Positions 7,824 through 15,503 of a DNA stretch of 64,000 nt are shown here, piece by piece. The number at the start of each line of letters is the position of its first letter. Within the stretch, counting starts at the first letter, position 1. The stretch spans positions 124,001 to 188,000 of IMG/VR virus record IMGVR_UViG_3300024336_000005. One strand, given 5' to 3'. The notes below the pieces were generated by a model. It had not been told where the DNA came from and ran no database searches. It saw only the letters and a list, made by a program, of their open reading frames with translations. The translations under genes and the position numbers were made by a program.

Positions 7824-7897
7824 GCCCGCTTAGCTTAATGGATTAAAGCGACGGTCTACGAAGCCGTTAAATCTAGGTTCGAATCCTAGAGTGGGTG
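7824..7897 (+). tRNA. tRNA-Arg(ACG)
   Basis: ACGGT-CTACGAA-GCCGT; CTAGG/CCTAG T-arm. Confidence 0.9.
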
Positions 7898-7907
7898 CAT
7901 AGTCTAA

Positions 7908-7975
7908 CTCTCAGAAGAGAGGAGACGTACATAACGACAGCCCCTGCGCTCAACTACGTTGATGCTCATGTCTGT
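7908..7975 (+). ncRNA. repeated structured RNA motif, copy 5
   Basis: CTCTC-AGAA-GAGAG-GAGA; TGCGC-[TCAAC/GTTGA]-TGCTC. Confidence 0.55.
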
Positions 7976-8041
7976 CTGTCGGATTCCCCAAGGGTAACCC
8001 GACGATCATATAGACTTATGAACTTCGGTCTATGGGTTTAT

Positions 8042-8121
8042 GCCAGCGTGGCTCAGTGGCGACAGCACCGATCTTGTAAGTCGGTATCTCAACATCGTAG
8101 GTTCGATTCCTACCGCTGGCA
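8042..8121 (+). tRNA. tRNA-Thr(TGT) with a 12 nt variable loop
   Basis: GCCAGCG/CGCTGGC acceptor, CCGAT-CTTGTAA-GTCGG. Confidence 0.88.
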
Positions 8122-8136
8122 CATAAGGAGAGAAAT

Positions 8137-8235
8137 ATGTTCTTGTTAATTGGTTTGCTTTGTCTCATTGCAGGAGCCTACAAGGTTGCACTGCTGTTTG
8201 TAATCCTTTCTGTATTCCTTGGGGAATGGCAATGA
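8137..8235 (+). CDS. small hydrophobic peptide (32 aa)
   Basis: RBS AAGGAG; MFLLIGLLCLIAGAYKVALLFVILSVFLGEWQ; stop overlaps the next ATG. Confidence 0.45.
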   Translation: MFLLIGLLCLIAGAYKVALLFVILSVFLGEWQ

Positions 8236-8546
8236 AGCATCCAATAAGGCCCAGCCCGAGAAGGGTTACCATTTCTCCTTACAATTCTTTAAGATGGGCA
8301 TTCAAAGAATCAGGATTATCCTTTGAAGAATTCCTTGATGCAGACTTAGTTACACGTGACTGTGGTTGCTACCATGACTGTAGCTGTACTGGAGTGGACC
8401 TTCTAGTAGAGACTGATGACCACAAAGAAGCCATGAGTAAATACAACAAAGTTTTACTTGAGTGGCATCTTTGGGAGGAAGGGGAAATGGAAAGGAAGGA
8501 GAGGCTCCAGCTTGAGGAGCTCAAGGCTAAATATGAGGCAAATTAA
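8232..8546 (+). CDS. hypothetical protein
   Basis: ATGA-coupled ORF. Confidence 0.55.
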   Translation: MKHPIRPSPRRVTISPYNSLRWAFKESGLSFEEFLDADLVTRDCGCYHDCSCTGVDLLVETDDHKEAMSKYNKVLLEWHLWEEGEMERKERLQLEELKAKYEAN

Positions 8547-8743
8547 TGCACTGTTGTGAAAGCATGGCCAACCAGTTCAGTAGCAAATGTAAGCAGCATG
8601 GTGTTGGGTGTCATGTGGTAGTAGATGGAGGCAAGCATCGGAGGTACCTCCTGCGAGCCGAAAATGCTAAGTACGCTTTCTTCTTCTGTCCTTGGTGCGG
8701 TAAGAGAGTTCAGGAAGAATTGACATCAGATGAAAAAGATTGA
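8546..8743 (+). CDS. small Cys-rich protein
   Basis: CCESM...FCPWCG. Confidence 0.55.
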   Translation: MHCCESMANQFSSKCKQHGVGCHVVVDGGKHRRYLLRAENAKYAFFFCPWCGKRVQEELTSDEKD

Positions 8744-9158
8744 CGAACTTGGAGCCTCCTTACGGGAAGCCTTAGAGTCCGCTACTGCTGTAGCTCAGGA
8801 AAGCCCCGCTGTCTTTAGACACGGGGCTGTTTTGTTTAAGGGAAGAAAGATTCTAAAGGCCGGGTGCAACGAATACAGAGCTGTTCGTTGGGCCTGGCCT
8901 TCTTCATTTGTGCAAGAAGAGGATGGAGAACTTTCTCAGATTAGGTTGAACAATATGCATGCAGAAGTATCTTGTATGCATAATGTGAGACGGGAGAATA
9001 TCAGGGGGAGTGATATCCTCGTGGTTAGGATAAATAATCAGGGCACTCTCATGTATTCGAGACCCTGTAAGAGGTGTATGTGCGCGATGGCCCTTAAGAA
9101 AGTGCGTCGTTGTTACTTTAGTGTTGATTCAGAAACGATTGGAATAGTTCAGCCATGA
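8730..9158 (+). CDS. CMP/dCMP-type zinc-dependent deaminase
   Basis: HGAV, HAEV, SRPCKRC. Confidence 0.8.
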   Translation: MKKIDELGASLREALESATAVAQESPAVFRHGAVLFKGRKILKAGCNEYRAVRWAWPSSFVQEEDGELSQIRLNNMHAEVSCMHNVRRENIRGSDILVVRINNQGTLMYSRPCKRCMCAMALKKVRRCYFSVDSETIGIVQP

Positions 9159-9325
9159 ATGATGACTTGGAAGAGTTGGAGAAGAGCCCGTATCCGAAGA
9201 GGCTCCGTCAACCACCAACGCCTAAGACAAGGCGAGGTAGGCTAAGTCCTTTTGATAGAAGGTCTCGCAAGCAAGACTATCTTGATCATTATGATGAAGA
9301 TGAAGGAGATGATGATGACGAGTGA
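9155..9325 (+). CDS. small protein with a basic middle and acidic tail (56 aa)
   Basis: ATGA overlap; MNDDLEELEK...DEDEGDDDDE; below the track cutoff. Confidence 0.45.
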   Translation: MNDDLEELEKSPYPKRLRQPPTPKTRRGRLSPFDRRSRKQDYLDHYDEDEGDDDDE

Positions 9326-9749
9326 TATCTTTATTCCAATTCTATATGATGTGACTGGGATCTATATGATTAGCTTAAGGACCTTTGATAGGCCCTTAAG
9401 GTACTTTGATGATCCTGACTCTCCTTTGTTGAATAACTTTTGGAGAGTGATTGGCAAGAAGCATAAGACTTCTGTTAAGGATGGCGATCCCGTTGTGATG
9501 GGCGAGTCCTATCAGTGGGGGCTTAAGTACGTCTTCATTAAGTCAAAGAACATCAGCTACGTCAAGGAGTGGAAAGAGTTTCAGTGCACTCAGCTGAAGA
9601 ATATGACAGATGTCTTCTCTTTGGAGATGCCAGCTGAATTGCAGATTGCATTGCTTTCTATCATTGCGACAGAGCTAGGCGAAAAGGAAGTGGTTAAGGC
9701 TGAGGCTCCTAAGATCCGTCGCCCAGTCATAGTTGATACCACGATATGA
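9315..9749 (+). CDS. hypothetical protein
   Basis: ORF in the operon run. Confidence 0.55.
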   Translation: MTSDIFIPILYDVTGIYMISLRTFDRPLRYFDDPDSPLLNNFWRVIGKKHKTSVKDGDPVVMGESYQWGLKYVFIKSKNISYVKEWKEFQCTQLKNMTDVFSLEMPAELQIALLSIIATELGEKEVVKAEAPKIRRPVIVDTTI

Positions 9750-10162
9750 GCTCGTCATTTTGGGATGCCATTCAAGCAAAGTATGTCTTTGCTAATGGCG
9801 GGGATGAATTGAAAGAGAGTGAGCTTGCCTCCCTTGTCTCTACCAATCCCATCCAGCATGACTATATCATTACATCAGATGGAAGAACTGTTAGCGCCTA
9901 TGATGAGAGTGTCTCGATAAGAGACATCTTTCTCTTCTTTAGGAAGCGCATGCCGACTATCAAGTTCGACATTCGAGAGCACCTTTTCAAGCCGACTACC
10001 CCAGCTGAAGCAATTGCCACAAAGTTTATGGTATACAATCAGCTTGCTGGCTATCTTTCTGTGACTAAGGTTAATAATAATGGAGCGTGTTACTTGGGTA
10101 ACGCTCGGCTTCCTTATGAAAAGGCTGAGGAGTGGCATAGAAATGGGGATACAATCCACTAA
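9746..10162 (+). CDS. hypothetical protein
   Basis: ATGA-coupled. Confidence 0.55.
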   Translation: MSSSFWDAIQAKYVFANGGDELKESELASLVSTNPIQHDYIITSDGRTVSAYDESVSIRDIFLFFRKRMPTIKFDIREHLFKPTTPAEAIATKFMVYNQLAGYLSVTKVNNNGACYLGNARLPYEKAEEWHRNGDTIH

Positions 10163-10349
10163 GACGTGGTTCGCCATTTACTTTGATGGAACAGTAGAAG
10201 AGCTGCACAGAAGATCTGTTAAAGAAATTGAGATGTATGAGACACAAAAAATTGAAAAAGGGTATTGCATTGGACGAATAGATAAACTTCGCCTGATATT
10301 GGTTGGTCCACAGATTTGGATTGAATCCTTTTTCCATAGCATTGGATAA
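10143..10349 (+). CDS. hypothetical protein
   Basis: Short overlapping ORF. Confidence 0.45.
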   Translation: MGIQSTKTWFAIYFDGTVEELHRRSVKEIEMYETQKIEKGYCIGRIDKLRLILVGPQIWIESFFHSIG

Positions 10350-10354
10350 TATTT

Positions 10355-10924
10355 ATGGATCTATTTGAAATCCTTCTTCCTCCGGCCACTGATCCTATAA
10401 CAGTTGATCTTTTAAGGAGAGAGATTTGGATTGTAGGTGCTGTTCTTGAAGGATCTTCTCAGACAGTTGTGAGAGGCCTAAGGGAGATGTACCGTCTCCA
10501 TCCCGAAGCTCCCATCTCAGTTTTTGTTAACTGTGAGGGTGGAGATCCGAATGAGGCGTTGGTGATGGCTGACTTTATGTTGGCCTTCAGCAAGAAGCTG
10601 ACAGTTAAGACAAGTGTTGTAGGCACGTCTTACAGTGCGGCAACATTAATAAGTGCGGCTGGCACCAAGGGTCATCGCTATGCGATTCCCTCTGCTGAGT
10701 TTCTCATCCATGCTCTTTCAATAGGTCACATTGGTGGCAAGATTGAAGACGTTGAGGAGACTACACGGCACCTAATTAGACTGAATGGAAAGCTGGCCTC
10801 TCACTTGAGCTCTATCACAGGGATGGAGATGTCAAGAGTTGAAGCTATGATGAGTAAAGAAACTTTTTTGAATGCCCAAGAAGCTATCCAGTGTGGTTTG
10901 TGTGACCAGATTGGTATGATTTAA
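10355..10924 (+). CDS. clpP: ClpP-like protease subunit
   Basis: VNCEGG, SYSAATLI (Ser), FLIH (His), KETFLNAQEA (third triad residue appears to be Glu). Confidence 0.88.
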   Translation: MDLFEILLPPATDPITVDLLRREIWIVGAVLEGSSQTVVRGLREMYRLHPEAPISVFVNCEGGDPNEALVMADFMLAFSKKLTVKTSVVGTSYSAATLISAAGTKGHRYAIPSAEFLIHALSIGHIGGKIEDVEETTRHLIRLNGKLASHLSSITGMEMSRVEAMMSKETFLNAQEAIQCGLCDQIGMI

Positions 10925-10941
10925 CCCCGAAAGGAGATAGT

Positions 10942-11418
10942 ATGAATCCTAATCAAGTGATTCGTTTTGATGAACTCGTAGACAGGTTGGTGGAAGCCAG
11001 CGGAGAGTTCAAGTTGCATGTAAACAAGGCAGAGAGAGTCTGCGTGTCGGCAACGGTGGGAACTAACCCTCCCGTTATCGTCTTTGCTGGCAATGGAGAG
11101 AGCGCAAGCAATGCTGCGATCCGCGCCTGCGCACAGCTCGTCGCTCAGCTCCCCCCTCCTGTTGATCATGCAGCAGTTGCACGAGCAGCTGCAGCGGTTC
11201 GCCAGGGAGCGGCAGATCGCCTCCGCACGCGCCTTAGTGAGGTTTCCTCCGACCTTTTGTCGCTGGGACGTCAGGCGGATGCTCTAGTGGCAAGGTTCCC
11301 CACCTGTGCTGCAGATGAGATTACCTATATTGCAGAAGAACTGGAAGAGGTAAGAAACGATCAGGCTGATTTTCAGACCCTGGCAGATTCACTCAGAGAG
11401 CAGCTAGCAGCTCTCTGA
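10942..11418 (+). CDS. hypothetical protein with a C-terminal coiled coil
   Basis: Strong RBS AAAGGAGA. Confidence 0.7.
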   Translation: MNPNQVIRFDELVDRLVEASGEFKLHVNKAERVCVSATVGTNPPVIVFAGNGESASNAAIRACAQLVAQLPPPVDHAAVARAAAAVRQGAADRLRTRLSEVSSDLLSLGRQADALVARFPTCAADEITYIAEELEEVRNDQADFQTLADSLREQLAAL

Positions 11419-11456
11419 ACCCGAGCATAAGCTCAAACAATCGAAAGGAAAATAAA

Positions 11457-11639
11457 ATGAGAAGAATTGCAAGATACAATGGTACCACCTGGGCAATGGA
11501 GGACGTTCCTGCGAACGTGTTCCTCGACATGGCCCTCGTTCCTGTTTACCCTGACCTTCGAGGCGCCACTTGGGTGGAGTCAGTAGTTGGAGATGAAATC
11601 ATCTTCGATTACCAGAAGAGAGCTGGCGAAAAGGGTTAA
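11457..11639 (+). CDS. ubiquitin-like protein (PRTRC protein C / Prok_Ub type)
   Basis: RIARYNG...YPDLRGA...FDYQKRAGEKG; C-terminal Gly, like the recalled PRTRC-C pattern FRYNG..YPEL..RAVGTKG; RBS GAAAGGA. Confidence 0.78.
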   Translation: MRRIARYNGTTWAMEDVPANVFLDMALVPVYPDLRGATWVESVVGDEIIFDYQKRAGEKG

Positions 11640-11647
11640 TCCATTAT

Positions 11648-11669
11648 GACCCCGCCTTCGGGCGGGGTC
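11648..11669 (+). terminator. GC-rich hairpin after the Ubl gene (weak U-tract)
   Basis: GACCCCGCC-TTCG-GGCGGGGTC then TATTA. Confidence 0.6.
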
Positions 11670-11690
11670 TATTAATGATAGGATGGTTCA

Positions 11691-11981
11691 ATGAATATTG
11701 AGAAGATGGCTGATGAATTAAGTCAGCATCGTATAGCCGAGGGCGGGATGCCACAAGAAGACATTGAGGCTTTAGACTCTTTGCTTGATGCTGTTTTAGC
11801 TTCTGGCTCAGTCTCTTCTCAACTTTCATTGTTAGTAGAGCATTCTAACTATGATGCTCTACTAAGACCCATCTTACTCGCAATTGAAGTAGGGGCCAGA
11901 GAAGAGCCTCTCTTTGATAAGCTTGTAGAAGGCATGGCAAAGGCCCCCAGCAGCATTGATGTATCGGAGATGTTGATATGA
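11691..11981 (+). CDS. hypothetical protein in the Ubl cassette
   Basis: ATGA-coupled to the next gene. Confidence 0.6.
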   Translation: MNIEKMADELSQHRIAEGGMPQEDIEALDSLLDAVLASGSVSSQLSLLVEHSNYDALLRPILLAIEVGAREEPLFDKLVEGMAKAPSSIDVSEMLI

Positions 11982-12568
11982 ATCTGGTGTCTTACATTGA
12001 ACAGACAGATAAGTTTCCTGACGTCACCGAAAAAGTCAAGAAGGTAGAAGCAATCTACAGAAAGATGGCCTATCTTGAAGCGAATAAGTGGCTCAAGGAT
12101 AGCGATAAGATCCTTAGATACAAGGGAAAGAAGGATATTAAAGCATTCGCTAGTGACACTTGGCCTCGCTCAGCATGGGCTCTTATTTCTGGTGCCGTAG
12201 TTAAGCCGGCCTTTCTTGGTTGTGCCCATATGCATCAGCTAAAGAAGAGGCCGGACTCATCCTTTGAGATTAGCTTTAAGGATGGACAGGGATATCAGAG
12301 CCCTTACTATGGCAGAAATATGGCTACGGTTGCCGCTCGAAGAGAGTGGAGAGATAGATGCCGCGCCATAGCCGGCGGAGGAGATGTCACCTGGGCTTGG
12401 GAAACGCACAGAACAGAAGCAGATGGGATAGCCATATTAAGAGTGAATTATAAGAAGTCAAATCTGGTATCGACTGCGGCTGATAGAATCTCATTTGAAA
12501 AGCTTGCTACAGATGTAGAAGCGCTTGCGACTTTAGTAAAGGTCGCAATGGAAGGAAGAGTAATTTGA
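11978..12568 (+). CDS. hypothetical protein in the Ubl cassette
   Basis: 196 aa; overlaps both neighbours. Confidence 0.65.
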   Translation: MNLVSYIEQTDKFPDVTEKVKKVEAIYRKMAYLEANKWLKDSDKILRYKGKKDIKAFASDTWPRSAWALISGAVVKPAFLGCAHMHQLKKRPDSSFEISFKDGQGYQSPYYGRNMATVAARREWRDRCRAIAGGGDVTWAWETHRTEADGIAILRVNYKKSNLVSTAADRISFEKLATDVEALATLVKVAMEGRVI

Positions 12569-13263
12569 GCTACTCAAAGCTTTTGATGACCCTTGTCCCC
12601 GGAGAGACAACAGTAGGGGTCCTCATCGAGAAGAAGAATGGGACTAAGGAAACCTTTAGGGTTGCACAAGACTCAATTTCTTCTATCTTTTCAGGGAACT
12701 ATTGTTCTGGATACTTGCCCTCCTCTCAGGATGGCGTTGTCTATCTAGAAGAAAAGGAAGGCAACAAGTTAGTGGTCATCCAGCGAGGGGCCAGAGAGGC
12801 TCAGGATCTTCAGTGGAATGACCATACTGGGACTCGTGAGCAGATGAAGATAAAGACAAAGACTCCGAATGCCTTCTTCGTCTTTGTCTTGGGTCCGTCA
12901 GAGGGTGGATACAGGATTAAGAAGGAGCGTATCTTTGTTTCGACTGGTCCGACCAGAGGGCCTACGACCCCTCTGTATAATGCAGAATGGTTGGGCAATG
13001 TATACAATCGTTCGCCTAGCGATGGCGCGAGGACAAACATTTGTTGGGGGACAACTACTGTTGCTCCAATGGGAATTGTAAGTGTCTCTTCTTTGATGAA
13101 TATCGCTAACGATTTCTTTACTCAGGACTTTACACAGCACCTACGTGGGACAAGAGCCATCTGGGAAGAATACAATAATACCAGAAGCTTTAGAGAGACT
13201 CAGCGTATGACTTTGGCTGAAGTGATCAGGAGGATGTGGGATGGACTTCCGGACACCCATTGA
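12565..13263 (+). CDS. prokaryotic E2-like protein (Prok-E2_D / PRTRC protein B type)
   Basis: PNAFFVF..TPLYNAEWLGNVY..NICWG (putative catalytic Cys). Confidence 0.72.
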   Translation: MSYSKLLMTLVPGETTVGVLIEKKNGTKETFRVAQDSISSIFSGNYCSGYLPSSQDGVVYLEEKEGNKLVVIQRGAREAQDLQWNDHTGTREQMKIKTKTPNAFFVFVLGPSEGGYRIKKERIFVSTGPTRGPTTPLYNAEWLGNVYNRSPSDGARTNICWGTTTVAPMGIVSVSSLMNIANDFFTQDFTQHLRGTRAIWEEYNNTRSFRETQRMTLAEVIRRMWDGLPDTH

Positions 13264-14356
13264 GCCTAAGCCTGAATTTCTTAAGAAGTTCGAAGCTCAA
13301 GAGTGGGCGGTGCACCTTGGAGAAATTCCAGAGACTTTAGTAAGGAACTCAACCCTCTCCATCTTTGGAGATGGTAAGTATCTCACAAGGTCAAATCCCA
13401 TTGGGACTTTTACGCGCAGAATTGAGCGTATGGATATTCCTACATTGGATCATGGACCCGACCCAAGCTTCTCCTTGAAGCTACCTAAGGTGCCTGCTGC
13501 TATTCTGATGAAGCAGGTGAGCTTCTACCGTGAGGTAATGAAGCTCTTTAATGATGCAGAAGCCTACTCCATTGTCATGTATGACACTGTAGAAGAGCAA
13601 TACTTTTTGGTCATTCCTGAGCAGACCATCTCTAAGGCGCACGTTAAGTACGATCAGCCTGAGCTAAGGAAGAAGTACCCTTCCGACCGCTACATTGAAG
13701 TTATCTCTGCTCATAGTCACAACTCTATGAATGCATACTTCTCTCCCCTTGATGACAAGGACGAGAAGGGAGATATTCTATACATGGTGATGGGTAAGTT
13801 GAACCAAGAGGTTCCAACCTATTGCATCCGTGCAAATGTGGCTGGTGCGGAGTGCGTCAAGCTTCCCCTTGAGGATCTGTTTGATCTTTCTGAAGAGAAC
13901 TGGGCAGAGCTTTCTCCCTATTGGGAAGACCTTCATGACAGCACTTGGGTCGAGCAGCTCCATGTTCGAGGGCCTGTTGTTAGTGCTCACTCTCAGTTTG
14001 ATCAGATGCTTAAGACCTTTCAGGGCTCTCGCCCAAGAAGGCCTTTCACTGGTAGAACAACGGGAAGCCAGATGGACTTCTTTAACCAGACCGAAAGTGA
14101 AGTGGGGAGCGAAGGCTCTGAGCAAAAGGAATTCATTACAATCGCCTGTGCCTTGATTAAGGACGCTAGAAGCTTACCTCCTGAGCAGGTTATGTTTAAT
14201 CTGATATCGAATCTCTTAGAGAGGGGATACGCAGAGGACATTCATGCTGCCATTGTTGCTTGTGATCATGTTGAAGAATTCCAGGCGATGGAAAAAGATG
14301 ATTGGGAATTAGATATGAAATTGCGTATGGAGTTAGATGATGGCTGGTATTCTTAA
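13241..14356 (+). CDS. JAB/MPN+ metallopeptidase (PRTRC protein A type) with a C-terminal extension
   Basis: EAYS...SAHSHNSMNAYFSPLDDKDE = E..HxH..S..D. Confidence 0.88.
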   Translation: MDFRTPIEPKPEFLKKFEAQEWAVHLGEIPETLVRNSTLSIFGDGKYLTRSNPIGTFTRRIERMDIPTLDHGPDPSFSLKLPKVPAAILMKQVSFYREVMKLFNDAEAYSIVMYDTVEEQYFLVIPEQTISKAHVKYDQPELRKKYPSDRYIEVISAHSHNSMNAYFSPLDDKDEKGDILYMVMGKLNQEVPTYCIRANVAGAECVKLPLEDLFDLSEENWAELSPYWEDLHDSTWVEQLHVRGPVVSAHSQFDQMLKTFQGSRPRRPFTGRTTGSQMDFFNQTESEVGSEGSEQKEFITIACALIKDARSLPPEQVMFNLISNLLERGYAEDIHAAIVACDHVEEFQAMEKDDWELDMKLRMELDDGWYS

Positions 14357-15503
14357 TTTCGAGGGAATTGATCCACTCCTAAAGCTTTCTTCAAAGCTTG
14401 GAGTTGCACTTGATAGCGCACAGGATTTGCATCCTGTCTTCCGAATCGCAGGGATTGTTTCTCAGACGGGAACGTTGCTGGACTATGCCGTCAAGCTTGT
14501 TCCCGATCGGCCAGAGACTAAGACGACTGTGGTGCAGAACTACCGAAACGTACATACCTTTACGGCACAACAGCCGACCATAGTTATGGTAGGTTGTGGC
14601 GGTACGGGCAGTCACTTGCTTCCAAATATTCTACAGTATGCAATCACCAAGGCGGCTCAACAGACTGTTACCCCTCCCTGTGTCATCATTATCGATGGAG
14701 ACGGAGTGGAAGAGAAGAACCTAATTCGACAGAGGTTCACTCAAGCGGACCTTGGAGAGAACAAGGCTATTGCCTTGTCTCGTCGCTACAGTGCAGTGTT
14801 TGCTACAAAGATTAAGGCTGTAGACACTTACCTTGAGGACTCAAAGCAGCTGATTGGCCTTATCAAGGACGAAGCCCCAGCGGTTGGTCCTATCATTTTA
14901 GTAGGGGCAGTGGATAATCACAGAGCTCGTGCTATTTTGTGGGACACCTTCTTGAGCGAGACCCAGAGGGAGATCTGGTGGGTTGACGCAGGAAATGAGT
15001 CCTGGCATGGTCAGGTCATTTCTGGGTGCAGGAATGTACAGACAAAGGGAGATTCCCATTGGGCTGCCGCAGGCATCGGAGATGATATTGCTTCTGTTGA
15101 TCTGCCTTGCTTCTTCGATGAGTATCCAAAGGAGTTCATGAAGATTGGCGGTACGCCAACGACTCCACAGAATACTTGTGCTGCAGTGGCTGAGGAGGAC
15201 CCTCAGACCATTCATGCAAACTCATTGTCAGCCCAATGTGCTTCAAACATTATCACTCAGATTCTTGAGGGTGAAGTTAGAGTAATGGGATTGAACTTTG
15301 ATGCAAAGACTGGTCAGGTTAAAGCCAAGATTCTTACACGAGTGAACATCGCCACCGCATACGTTGACATGAAAAACTCAAGAACTTCTCTTCGGGGATT
15401 CCTTGGGGACCTATGCTCGTGGAAGGGGAAGTCTGAACCGGCGACTCTCTTCCCGGGACTATACAAAAAAGCAAAGGTAGAGGATCTCTATACGGCTATT
15501 TAA
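14337..15503 (+). CDS. E1/ThiF-family adenylating enzyme (PRTRC ThiF type)
   Basis: GCGGTG, DGDGVEEKNLIRQ, GENKA, AVDNHRAR, WVDAGN, NTCA..Q..N. Confidence 0.92.
   Translation: MMAGILNFEGIDPLLKLSSKLGVALDSAQDLHPVFRIAGIVSQTGTLLDYAVKLVPDRPETKTTVVQNYRNVHTFTAQQPTIVMVGCGGTGSHLLPNILQYAITKAAQQTVTPPCVIIIDGDGVEEKNLIRQRFTQADLGENKAIALSRRYSAVFATKIKAVDTYLEDSKQLIGLIKDEAPAVGPIILVGAVDNHRARAILWDTFLSETQREIWWVDAGNESWHGQVISGCRNVQTKGDSHWAAAGIGDDIASVDLPCFFDEYPKEFMKIGGTPTTPQNTCAAVAEEDPQTIHANSLSAQCASNIITQILEGEVRVMGLNFDAKTGQVKAKILTRVNIATAYVDMKNSRTSLRGFLGDLCSWKGKSEPATLFPGLYKKAKVEDLYTAI

Noticed and set aside
3630-7975. Calling the repeat a CRISPR array, hatchet, theta or twister-sister ribozyme
   Set aside because: No regular repeat-spacer period; only partial resemblance to recalled ribozyme consensus sequences
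7075-8149. Track ORFs 7075-7437, 7206-7532 and 7895-8149
   Set aside because: They overlap tRNAs and structured RNA elements and lack RBS or motif support
15400-15502. msr-msd hidden in the E1 3' end
   Set aside because: Only a weak GGGA/TCCC plus AGTC/GACT hairpin; no a1/a2 arms
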